From positions 23,670,795-23,734,794 of the forward strand of contig NC_092670.1 of assembly GCF_964355755.1 (NCBI RefSeq): a DNA stretch of 64,000 bases, written 5' to 3'. Both the position numbers and the translations under genes were made by a program. Origin of the DNA: Antedon mediterranea. Lineage: Eukaryota; Animalia; Echinodermata. A model generated the notes under the pieces. The model was not told the DNA's origin. It worked only from the letters and a program-made list of their open reading frames with translations, and did not search any database. This document shows positions 39,741 through 53,000 of this stretch, piece after piece; the first letter of the stretch is position 1, and the number at the start of each line of letters is the position of its first letter.

Positions 39741-41011
39741 TTTGCGGTACTATACCGACGCAATATTCAACGAAATGAGTTCATTCAAATCCATACAATT
39801 GATTGGTTGGTAGCGGAAATATTTTAAAATGAAAAAGGCCTTTCTTTCAAAAGACTCGTAGCATACAATTGTATGAAGGCGATAAAATAATGGGCTGTCG
39901 TCCACTGAAGACAAAGAGTGAATGTCTCATCGAATACTATTTTAGCAAAGAAAGTTCGCGTCTGCTTCGGTCTGTACTAAGACAGTTAGAGTTCCGTTTA
40001 CACGCATTTACATATTAATGAAGTTAAACATGAATTGCAATCAGGGCCATAATTAAAGTATCTATCGTTCTACAAGTAATCACATTCCATTAATCTAATA
40101 TTAGTTGTTATTATAATTAAATATTGATAAGAATACACGAACTGCGAATACATAGTACTTAGCATCTGTATTTTTCTATTCACATCGCGAAGACACCGTG
40201 CACTAGATAAGACGTCTCATTAATATTAGGTCAAAGGTCACAGTGTTTAAGATACCGTACCATCCTAAACTAGACATGCGCAGTTGTCATCTACGTAAGT
40301 TAGGGATACAAACAAAAAACAGTTAAAGTACGTGCATACACGTTTACGTTTTCTAACGGAAATTAATACAGCTCGCTGCATTGCTCGCTGTACAGGTCTC
40401 ATCAAAGTAAGCTTTGGAAATGGGATTGCATACGTCATACGCAGAAATAAAAACAGAAAAACAAATCTAACATTTTTTTTCCATTTAATATCTTGTATTA
40501 TGAAAAAATATTTTTACATTTTAAAGTAAAATTACAGTATGCTACAATTTAAATTAAATTAATATTTATTTATTTCAAGTTAAAATAATAATTATTATAA
40601 TATCTTGCATGAGCTAGTTATACAACCCCTCGGTTAATGCATTCGAGGCATGACTACTATTTAAAGCTCTCGCCTACAATTACTCCATTAAAGCAGAATA
40701 GTTTGTTTAAATCAACAATTTTAACAATAAAATGTGTTTTTAGCTCCTCACTTGTAATATTTTTCATACAGAATATGTAAAATATTCATGTTAAAATCTT
40801 GTTTTTAATTGTATTGTTACTTTAAAACATTTTGTAAGAAGTTTAAATTGTTAATGCTCTTTACAATTAACAAAAATATTTGTATTGTTGTCTTGTAACA
40901 GTTTGTTTTCAATGTTGCTCGTTTATTTCAGGGTTTTTGCAATCTCCATATTCTTTGAAAAAATGTTCTCCAAGATTCAGTAGAGGCAGCATCGTAGCAT
41001 GATCGTTCCAT

Positions 41012-44000
41012 TTAGAAATCATTATCGTAAAATCTGTTACATCTTTCGTATTCCTTAATAAGCAAATAACAATAAGAATTTAAGTTATGTTTTGTTAAAT
41101 GGTAGGCTATTTGAGGATAGGGGCTTCAAGTATGCTAGACTGACTCTATAGTATATCTCTCAACCTCAATATCATTCCAACATTCGAACATTGAATACAA
41201 GAAATTGAATGTGGTTTTACAAATATATTTACTGTAGGTATACTTGAGTTTGGAAACATTTTTACCTTTTCTGTCATCACAGACCACTTTAATTGCTAAT
41301 AGTGGTTTTATTTTATTTTATTTTATTTTATTTGGTTAGAAAGACGATACATATATTTAATGTTTATCTATTTGATCTTCTGGCAAAATGTTTACAAAAT
41401 ATTCTTAACATTTCTTCGCTCTATTTAGTTTCTATAAAACGTATTTCAAAATATATTTTGATATTTTCTTTACCCTTGTTTTTAATTTCAATCTGAAATA
41501 CGTAAACGTACTTTAATAATAACTCACCGATTCATTTCCACTTGCAACGTATGGTCGTATTGTTTCTCCACTGTAGTTATCATAATCCTAAAAATAAGAA
41601 GAAAACGTATGTTTTAGAATTTATTTTTTATTTCTGAATAAATTTGTTTAAATTATCATCACTGTGCTAGTATATTTCTTATATTTTCTCCTTTCCCGCC
41701 CTCATCGTTAATTAACACGCTAAGTAAGAAAGAAGATGGGTCAATCAATAACTACTTTCTGAAATTATTTCAAAGAAGAGGCAACAAATATGAAGAGGAG
41801 GAATCATATTAAATGTTGCAAATGATGAAATAAATTACAATTTCCTTTAATTCTTTAGGAGTTTAATTCTTATTATTAGTTGAAGAAGTCTTTATAATCT
41901 CATTTCTGACGAATAGAAAATGCACTTAGTGAATGATGTAATAATGTTCTGGATTGATTTACGAAATGCATTTGATGAAATTTGATACTCACGTGTGTTG
42001 TGTAAATCGTTCTGTTTCGGTAATGACGAAGTTGTTCGGAAGATGTTACTGAATCGTAATCTACAATGTATGCAGAATTGAAATACTTGTGCGCTTTCCG
42101 TTGACGGTGTTTGGTTATCACAATGAAAAGTACAATAAGAGAGATTAACAAAATTAAGACTAGTGAACTGGTAACAGTAATGATCACGTACACAAGCGTA
42201 TCTGAAAGATAGAAAATGACAATTTCATACTAATGATGGTCAATATTGTCAAATGCTCTCACACTTTTATATACTTTCATACTATCATATCATATCATTT
42301 ATTTCGCCAAATACAGTACAAAAAGTAAACTTTAAAAACGTTATTAAAGTAAATCAATGAGGCAGGATCACCTAAAAGTATAAATAGAAAATAACCGCCG
42401 AGAGGCTCTCCACATGGAAATACTTTAAACGGATAACACATATAAAAAACATGAATTTCTATAATATTACAATAAAACGTTAAAATTCTGCAATTGCATT
42501 TATATAAAATATTATGAATGAATGAATTTCTACGTGAATGAATAAATACATGATTGAATGAATACATAAATTAATGAATTAATACATGAATGAATGAATT
42601 AATACATGGATGAATAATATATGAATTCAATTCATAAACATTAGTTTTATAGTTCACTAGTGTTGCAAAGTTAAAGTGATATTATTTTAAATATTCTTTC
42701 TTTAAAGTCCCCAAAAATAGAGAGAAGAGAAAGAGAAACAATAAAATCAATGTTAAAACCAACACATAGTATACCACCGGTGAGTATACTAACGCCCGTA
42801 TTCTTAAACCGGACTTTAGTCGTAGTTCGAGCTAAAACTAACAAAATGACGTCATTTTAATTCATAAACCGAACTTCAACTAAATCGCCGACTAATTCAG
42901 GCCAACCTCGACTAAATCGAGACGGATTTTGATCGATTTTTTTAGTCCTGGAGGAGGCAGGCTAAATGGTCGACTAAATGGTTTTTAAACGATGTTTATG
43001 AAAAACGTAACAGTCATTGAGTTGTTATATTGGCCAGATATTGAAGAATGAAATATCTATTTTTATATTAGCTTAATTAAATATACATTGGTATATGTTA
43101 TAATAATGAAAATCATCTTTATTTACAACTGTATACAAATTACATAATTTTCTTCGCGCAAGTCCGACTTGAACTACGTCACGCCATAGCGACAATGGTA
43201 GATGCGGAAATTCACCACGCGATGGAATGTTTAGGGGGCCTAGCGCTTTCTTGTCACGCTATGAAGTGCGTGGTTCGTCGCGATCATACTTTGTTGGGGG
43301 CCTAGAAAATATAAAAGTTAGCGTACCGCCATGGTTCCTAAATATATTTTGAAGATTTTGTTTGTTGTTAATCAAAAGTACTTCACTGTTAAATTAATAC
43401 TGATCTTGTTCTAATAATTAACGATTAAAACTATTTTTGATGTATAGTCCTGATGCGTAAAAAGTGTTGTAAGAAAATGGAAAGTGATATAAATGCGCAA
43501 AATTTCGTCTGCTCCTCAAATACTCTCTTGTCATTGGCCAATGTATAGCCTTTGTTACCCAGACGTGTGCAACTCGACTAAAAGCTCGACTTCATTAAGT
43601 CAAACTGCAAACTTCGACTACTTCGTTTTTTAATCGAATTTGAAGTAATAGCTTGAACTACGACTTTTTCAAGTCGAACTAAAGTCCGGTTTAAGAATAC
43701 GGGCGTAAGACTCAATGGTCAGCGTCTAAATAAAATATTTAGATAATTTATGTGTTATTAGACATACTCACCACTGTTATGTTCACACTTGTCTCCATTG
43801 TAACCACTTATGCATTTGCATACAGGTGGTTGAACACTATCATCACAAATTCCATTATTTTCGCAATAACCATCTTCGCAAGCAATTTGAACTGAAATAA
43901 ATATATAGTGTAAAATAATAATAATTGGCTACTCTAAATAACATATTTTTAATAAACAGTAGACTATTTTTTTTTAAAAATTAAAATGTATAAACTTGAA

Positions 44001-47000
44001 CTTACGTTCAACAATAATCATCTCAACATCAACTGTGAAATTGGTATCTGGTAGGACGCCCTCATTGTTATCTATTGCATCAGTAATCACGGTTTGCAGA
44101 TCGTTAACTGTAGAAGCGCCCTCAGGGAATGTTAACAGAACGTCAGCAATAATACTGCCAGCTGAGAAATCTGACACAGCACATACTGGTATAACTTCGT
44201 TATTTTCTTCATATATAGTTTTAATCTAAAAATAAAAGAAATATGGAATTCCACATTGATATCTTACAACGTTGTGCAAAGGAAAGACAAATAACAATTA
44301 AAAAAATTATTGAAGATCTACAATCACACTATTTACAGGAAATAGCCTAATCAACTGCAAACAAAAAATACTTGCTACTAAACTAAGCCACAAGGCTTAG
44401 ATAGTTCACTGTACCATCAAGATTTTTCAATTTATTTTTCTTATAATACTTACAGATGTACAAATCATATCTTCATATGTCATGAACAAATTGCTCGTAG
44501 GGTCATTTAATTCTTCCGTGAATACAGCTTCTTCACTTCCTATACTTGTTATTGGTATCTGAACATTAAATGATTCATCTAAAAATACAATTGTAAATGA
44601 ATGAAATAAATATTAAATAATATTAGTATACATGCGCTTATTATGGATACCTCCTTTCCCTTTCAATCAAATTGTTGTATTTTAATTGCTGTTACTGATA
44701 ATACAAACCTGTAGAATCTGCTACTGTAGTAGGATTGATTCTTGTTCTTGCATCTGCTGATATTGTAGTTGGATCAACTAATACTGTGGTTGTTGCATCC
44801 ATGGCTGTCGAAGCATCTTTAGATGTTGTCACATCTACTGTTCTCAAATCTCTAGAGGTTGTTGCATCTTCAGTTGTTGTCACCGAATCAGTTGTTGTCA
44901 CTGCACCCGTTATCGTCACCGAACCAGTTGTTGTCAAAGCACCCGTTGTCGTCACCGAACCAGTTGTTGTCACTGCACCCGTTGTCGTCACCGCTCCAGT
45001 TGTTTTAACATCTACTGTGGTCGGATCATTTATTGTTGTCAAATCTCTTGATGTTGTTGCGTCTGTAGTTCTTTCTGTCAACATAACAAATCATATTTTT
45101 TTAATTTTTAGCATTGGGCTGAACAACTATAATTCAACTGGTATTAGTAGCCTTTTTAAATATAGCTTTGTGTATATTAAAATAATATTTCTCTGACTTG
45201 TTGTGTGTAAAACTTACGTTCACACGATGATGTGTCATTTGACCATTCATAGTTTTCATAGCAGTCACATGTATAACCTCCATCAGTATTATTACAAATA
45301 TGGTCACAAGTGTCAGTGTTAAGTTCACATTCATTTATATCTATAATGAAAAAAACATGTAATTAAATATAATCTCGAAGCAAGAGTACGCATTTTAACA
45401 GGAATTTATTTTTGAAACATTGTTAAACACTACACTACACAGACACTACAATATTTTCAAATTCTGATACTTATAGTTACATTTTTAAAATATTTCTTTA
45501 TGTACATAGCCAAAGATTGCAAAGGGTGAAAGTAACTGTTTCCAGAAAGGTAGCAGTTAGTTTCACAGGACAAACCCAAAATGCTCTACACAAATACATT
45601 TTTTAATGTCTGTGGAGTGGATTGAACAAAACAATTTGAAAGTACTGACTTAAGTTGACCGAGACTTACCTAGACACTTGTCACCTATAATGCTGTAGCC
45701 ATCAAAACATGGACATGTGAAACCACCATTGTTGTTGAGACACTCTGAGTTATCTGTGCAGTTATGGGTACCATTTCTACATTCATTAATATCTGTAAAA
45801 ATAAAGACGTTTGAAGCATTTATGTAAAAAAAGTTTTAATACAAAATACACATACATGTTTCATTGAAAGTCTGAAGACTTTCTCATACTATTCTAAAGA
45901 TTGCTTAGATACTTAAAATCAGTTTTTCAGAAACCAACTCTTCACAGTGCAGTAGTTTCACCATTTTAATTATAGTAAAGATTTGTGTGTCATATATTGT
46001 GAATAAAAACTAACCTAAACAGGTGACTCCATCTCCTGTGAAGCCACTTGGGCATGTACATTCGTAACCTCCAAGTGTGTTAGAACACGTAGACCGTGAG
46101 CCGCATGGCCTTCCAGTCTGGCATTCATCAACGTCCACACAAGTTGTACCGTTACCAGACCATCCATCAAAACAAGTGCACGTAAAAAATCCAACAAAAT
46201 TTGTACAATCAGCATTTTCATCGCAGTTATCCAGTGCAAAATCACACTCGTCAATGTCTAAGGTGAGAAAATGAAAAAATGTAACATAAAAGTCATAGTT
46301 TTAAGTGCATCAATATTGATATGTTTTTTACATGGAATACCGTAGGTCAATGCTATTATTGGATTATCAAGATTAATTAGAAAGGATGAAAACTGCGCAA
46401 CCTACCTTGACAAGAAGTACCATTGCCTTCATATCCATCGACACACTCACATATAAAGGAGCCTTCAGTGTTGGTGCAGTCTGCACTTGCGAGACAAGGA
46501 TAATCAACCAATCCACATTCGTTGATATCTGTAAAAGATATACATACGGCTTTATGTGCAGATATAGTGTTATTTATTAATGTTAGTGGATTCAGATGAG
46601 AGAACCTGCTGGTTGATTGAAACCCTTCTCCCTAAGCTAGAATTATTATTTGTAGCTGATATGTATGTAGTCATAAGATGTCTACATAGCTTTGGATTTT
46701 TCATGACTTTTTTCTGCGCTCCTGAATCCATTTTAATGAATAAGTGGTATCCACATGATGAGTGGTTCTACTGTAATTTAGTATGGAAGCGCTACCTTGA
46801 TGATGGACATGATATTACTAACCTGTGCATGTTTCTCCGTTTCCACTGAACCCGTCAAAACATGAACATGTATAAGTTCCATTTGTGTTTATACATGTTG
46901 CATTGGCACTACAGTCATCAAGCATTAAGGTACATTCATCAATATCTGAAAATGACAAAAAATTACCTACAAATTAGAGAGATGATGTAAACAAAACTAT

Positions 47001-50000
47001 TGTTGAAATAAAGTCTTCTGTTTTGATTTTCAGATGTGAAAAATTATATCGACAAACATAAAATGACTTACCATTACACGCACTACCATCAACATCTAAT
47101 TCATAACCATCGTAACAACTGCAGTTATAGGAAAACAATATGTTTGTACAATCTTGTTCGCAGCTTGCAACGCCCGCTTGACACTCATCGTAATCTATAA
47201 AATCAAAAGACATGTACAGTCATTAGTTTGTAGTATAGAATTATGCTAAAATTGCACACTGAACTTGTGTTAACGAAGTATTATATGATGGTAAACAGAA
47301 AAAATACCTACCATAACACTTGTACCCAGACCCGATAAAACCATCGGGACAGTCTCCGCACGTTGCATTAGCAGAAGGTGCTTCCTCGTCTGTACAATCT
47401 ACACCAGGATAACACGGTTCACCTACGCATGCATCAAAATCTTCGCTACAATTGTTTCCTGACCAAGCCGGTAAACACTCGCATTCAGCAATCTGAACAT
47501 ATATGAAAATGTTAGATTAGTATGTTTATACTAATACAAATGTATACCATGTGATATATCAATTTCAACATCTTAAAACTATTTATTGTTTATAAAAACT
47601 TACGGCATATTGATTATTAAGAATGTCCGATCCATCAACGAAACTTTCAAAATCACAAACACCTCCATTCAGACATTGACACAGGACCACTTCTATAGGA
47701 TAGGCAGTTGAAGCACCATTGCTATCCATAGCAACAAAAGACAGTCTGACGGAATCAGTATTTTCGGGTGTCCATGTGAAAACGCCATCTACATTCAAAA
47801 GATATTCAATATTTAAACATTATATTTTTGCGTTTAGAAACAATCGACAGAATTTGTTGATATTTAAAATACAATCGAAAATTGTATGACATTCTACTTG
47901 CCTTGATCAATGCTAGCTCCCGGCACGCTATCTTCTAGTCCAAAAGTGATGTCATCACCATTCGTGTCAATGGCATTGATTTGAAGGAAATGCATTGTGC
48001 CTACCGTTACATAGAGCCTGTTCGAATCTACCAAAACGTCAGATGGACTAATGGCTACCACACTAGTTATGTTTGGCGGGAAATTTGCTGTAAGAACATA
48101 TAGTTTACATATAGATTAGGTAAATTGTGTTTTTGACGAATAAATGAAATTGTTACTTGCGAAGTATTGTAAACTATTTTGTTCTTGAAACAACCAATGT
48201 AGATTCATCCAACTAGAGGAGTACGGTAACACACTACATTTTAGCACTTTTCAATTGGCCCTTAATGTAGAAACTTTGTGAAAAGGACATAATTGATTGA
48301 CAAAAATGCAGATTTGTTTACTCATTTGAAATTCTTTACAAAAATTAAACGTTACCCAATTCCCCAGCATCCTCGTTGTTGTTGTCATTGGTTTCTAAGG
48401 TATTGAGTCCAAACGACAGGTCACGTGTTGCTAGCGTATCAAACAGACACATCTGGCTGTCGCCACACGCTTCTAACGCATCCGTGTATATTGTCGTGTT
48501 TTCGTATTTTTCTATTAGATCATCCAGAAACAACGGTCTGAAAGTTAGGTCATTGACTGTATCCCATGATTCGTCCGCAGAGTACTCGAACAGACTTGAT
48601 TCGTTTGTTGTACGCCCTGAAACATACATTTACGTTGTTAATGTTGATATTGTAAAATTTTTATAGCGCTTCTAACAATAAAAAGTCCCAAAAACTTAAA
48701 ATAATAAAGATACGAGAAAAACAGATTGAAATTACAAATAACAAAAAGATGGGTTATTACTGTTTAACCATCTACATTAATATTAATAACTTTAATAACA
48801 AAAGAGGTGGGTTATTACTGTTTAACCATCTACATTAATATTAATAACTTTAATAACTACTAAATAATCAATATCTCTTCATCAATAAAATAAAAAAATG
48901 TGGATTTAAAAAGTTTCTTACATGTGATACCAAAATCAAAAGCAGAACTCTCTGGTAATGAACCGTTAGTCGGTATTTCCAATACGGTGCCATTTGGAAA
49001 GGTCAGGTCATCACTGATGTCATCATTCCAAACACCTGTAAAAGAGAATGAAAAACATACTCAAGAAAAAAAAATGTGTCCTCCTGCATAGTGTCGTGGT
49101 AAAACGATAGAGCGCCTAAATTGGTAGAACCTAGAGTGTCATGAGCAATAACCGTTGGAATGGCGCTATACAAATGGATATTATCATTATCCCTCGGAAT
49201 TAGGAATATCAACTGAATAGTGTGTCCCAAAAGTGTTGCTGTACTTTATCTATTTGCATTTGGTATGTAAAAAAACATTAGAATGTTGCATTACTACTAA
49301 CCATATAATCCTTTGGTACGCTTCTTGTACTCCTCTGGTGCTGATAACACAACATCTAACACAGATGCAGTTAGGCCAACCGATATAGAAATTCCAGAGC
49401 CCCAGGTTGCCTGCACATGATACCCAGTGGAATTACTTTCTGGTAGAGATATTACTAATTCAGGATCTTCTGGTGGCATATACGGACCTAAAAATAACAT
49501 TTTCAAAATTATTATACATTTCCCCTGCATTGTTGTTACTTAAAAATGTATCATCATATATCATATTTATTTGAATACTTTTCAGAATATTATTATATAC
49601 TATATAATACGAATGAATGAATTCATTTAATAAATATTGATTATAAACTTTACCTTCTTCGAGACTTGACTTATTTACATAAATACTTCCATTAATCAAA
49701 ATTTCAAAGTCCGTTGCATTTGCGTTCAACGTCATTTGTACCTTAAAAATACAAAATGGTAATCAGATTGGTCACATCATTCAATAAAGAAAAATGTTTG
49801 CAACTTGATTTAAAAATGTAACAAATCGTAACTGAACTTTAGCAGATCAAGATACACGTTTTGAATGCCTAATAGTCATTACGTCTGTAGGCCTACTTGA
49901 CAGTATTTGGTTCTGATAAAATAATATGAGATGAAATAATGTGAGAAAAGTTGGGGGGTTCGGTATTTGAGGAAATCAATCTTAACATATGTTTCCTAGT

Positions 50001-53000
50001 GCTGTTAACCAATACCAAGTCGCTGTTTCATTAAACAAAATTGCATTCCTATCAGTGAAACATAAAAAGGGAACACTGAGGAGATATAAGAGCTATCAAA
50101 GACAACTATCGCCAAAGTTCGTGTCTCTCCAAAACAGATGTAACCGAATTAAAAACAAATCGGTTTATACCTTTGATGCACCATTTTGTTGTGCAGCAAA
50201 TGCGGTAAATGCAGTTGCTTGGACAGCTTCATCATCGCTTTCTGGGATTTCCATTCTTCCTTGCAGCACAAAGAAACCGTCATCAATCGTGGTTAACACA
50301 AACTCTCCCAGTCCATTGAAAGTGTACTCAAACTCATCCAACGTACGCATGTGAGGATCGCCAAACATCCAGCCTAAAATGTATAAAGTTATCCTTTTTA
50401 ACTAAACGACTTTCTTAAATAGTTTAAAACCACTTGCTTTCTGTTTTTGTTGACATACATAGAAATAATTTATGTTTCTTTATACTACCCTATCTTACCT
50501 AAAGAGGGAGGTTGGTAGTTTCTGCATGTGCCTCTTGGCCTCACTTGTGTATAAAGATTACAATAATATGGATCGTTTGATTTCTCACAACAAGTATATC
50601 GTGGCATCAGATCTGAATCTATAAAGATAAATAATAAAATGACATGTATTATTAGTGCTAACAAACAACTCAGAGGTATATTATTTTTCGGAAAGAAGAG
50701 TCATCACAAATCAAAAGTAATATGAAAAATGAAATTAAACTTACAAAACCAATAATAATAGGATGCGAAATTAAAGAATCTGCCTTCAACAAATTGATAC
50801 CGTTGAACAAAGCTGCTAGCAAACACATCTTGTTCATAACCCTGAATCAGGGAGCCATCGTTGCGGTAACAACATCGCACCCCAGCTCCATAAAACGATG
50901 AGATTCGTGGTTGGACACAATAGGCACCTAAAGAAGCAATAGATAGTAATAGAAAAACGTGAAAGTACAAAAATAAAATAAAAAGTGATAAACAGTATTA
51001 TCAGGTAACAATACAATTAAAAAGACCGATTAATTAATTAATTAATTATCCTTATTTAGTTTTCTCTTTAAAGCATTATATCATTTTACATTTATATTGA
51101 TCTTGAAATCGTTCAATAATGTACGTACCATTAGCATCTTCAATTTCATTTATTATATCATCTGAAAATGTCTGGCCTCCTAAATTGTTTACACTGCTCA
51201 ATCGTCCTGAATATCCACGGTGTGAGTATCCATATGTAAAGTCGAATAAGGCCTGGGAAAAACTACAGGGACACGAGCTTACACGATTCAACCAGTATAA
51301 GTTTTCGTTTTCAGTACTTCGCCAGTCGGTACAATACTGCCGGTAGTTGATCGTCAGATCGTTGTTATCCTCTAGCCTATAGAACCACTGACCTTCGAGG
51401 CCGGTGTTACCGATAATATAAGGGAAATATCTGGATTCCTCAGTAGGGAAGTATTTTTTATTTAGCTGTATGTTGTTGAACTCTGCGGTATTACCGGTGC
51501 CATAACCTATTACAAGATTCTTTGGTGATATAATGCTTGGATTCCACTGCATACCGTTGATCTCGTAATTGAAAATGACAAAACTGTAAATTCCATCTGT
51601 TATAAGGGCCGCTTGAAATGTTGACGTCTAAAATAAAATACGGAAGAACGGTTATTGGCTATGTAGGTTGTATTTTTCTACTGTGGTTAGATTTTTTTTA
51701 ATTTTAAAAAGCTTAAAATTATCTACAACAGAAAAGTGATTTCATCAAAATAGAATATATATATGTATAGCTAGAAATGTAAATAAATACATCAAAGTCT
51801 ACACAAGCAAACTTTACTAAACTTTTGATTGGGTGTTTTGGTGGCTGCGCGCCCCTGACACTGGACAAAACTAGGAAAACTATTTTAGCGGTTTGTTAAA
51901 GTTTTAACAACACTTCTTGTCAAACTTATTTTTTCAAAGTAAAGTTTGTATACTAGGCTGAACTTCATCAGCTCATGCAACGAACCTTATCTCTATTACT
52001 TTCAACTGGATATTGTGGAACTTTATCCCAAGTAACCAAAAGCAACCATTTAGCTTCAAAGTAATGATCATTTGGAAGACCATTGTTTTCTAAAAATGTC
52101 CTTGTACGATTTGATGCCAAAATGAGCATTTCTGACCCTGTAGTATCATATACCTGTAAAAATAAAGGGAAAACATATTCATCAACGAACACAAAATCTG
52201 ACACTTAATATGTATATTTGTTGAACTGATGATTTTCTACAGCTTTTACATTTATTGTGTTTAATATATGAACATGTTACTAAAAATGTTAATTGCATAC
52301 CTGGTAGTATACATTGCCAACTGCTTTATCAGAAAGATCTGCGTCCGCCCAAAATGGTGTGATTATTTTTCGTCCAAAATCTTCATTAAAGCCGCCAGTC
52401 GGAGGGTTTGAATATCCAAATTTGAGATCATTTTCTTTAGTTAGAACGATGACTCCGTTCTCTGTAAACTATATTGAATATTGAAAGAAAAACAGTATAT
52501 TGACATGATGACTTTATCAATTAGAGTACAGACAATGATGTTTAGTATTACAGTATAAGCACTCAAATCAAGCGAAACATATTTTGGCAAGGTACCACTA
52601 AAATGTTTAATTAAAAAAAGCTACTGTAATAACTTACGTATATGCAATAAAAGAATTCACCAAAGAATGGAAAGCCATTAGTTGTTTTTATGGTTGGTGA
52701 GATGAGCTCTGATCTACTTGCTGAAACATCTCTGATACTGGTATCTCCGTTGTTTGCTCCCCAAGGAAAGAAAAATTCAACTATAAAGAACAAGGTCAGA
52801 AATAAATAGTTTGGTTCGGCTAATAGGCACTGGACTCACTGAATGTCAATATTAGTATTATAATGTCAATTTTAGTATATTTCAGAGTAAAAGATAACTC
52901 AAGTTCATGCCTTATGGTCAGTGAAATGCTCCTAGTTCAGGAGTGGCTGTGTATTGTACTTAAGTCAATAAACAAACAAACAAACAAACAAACAAACAAA

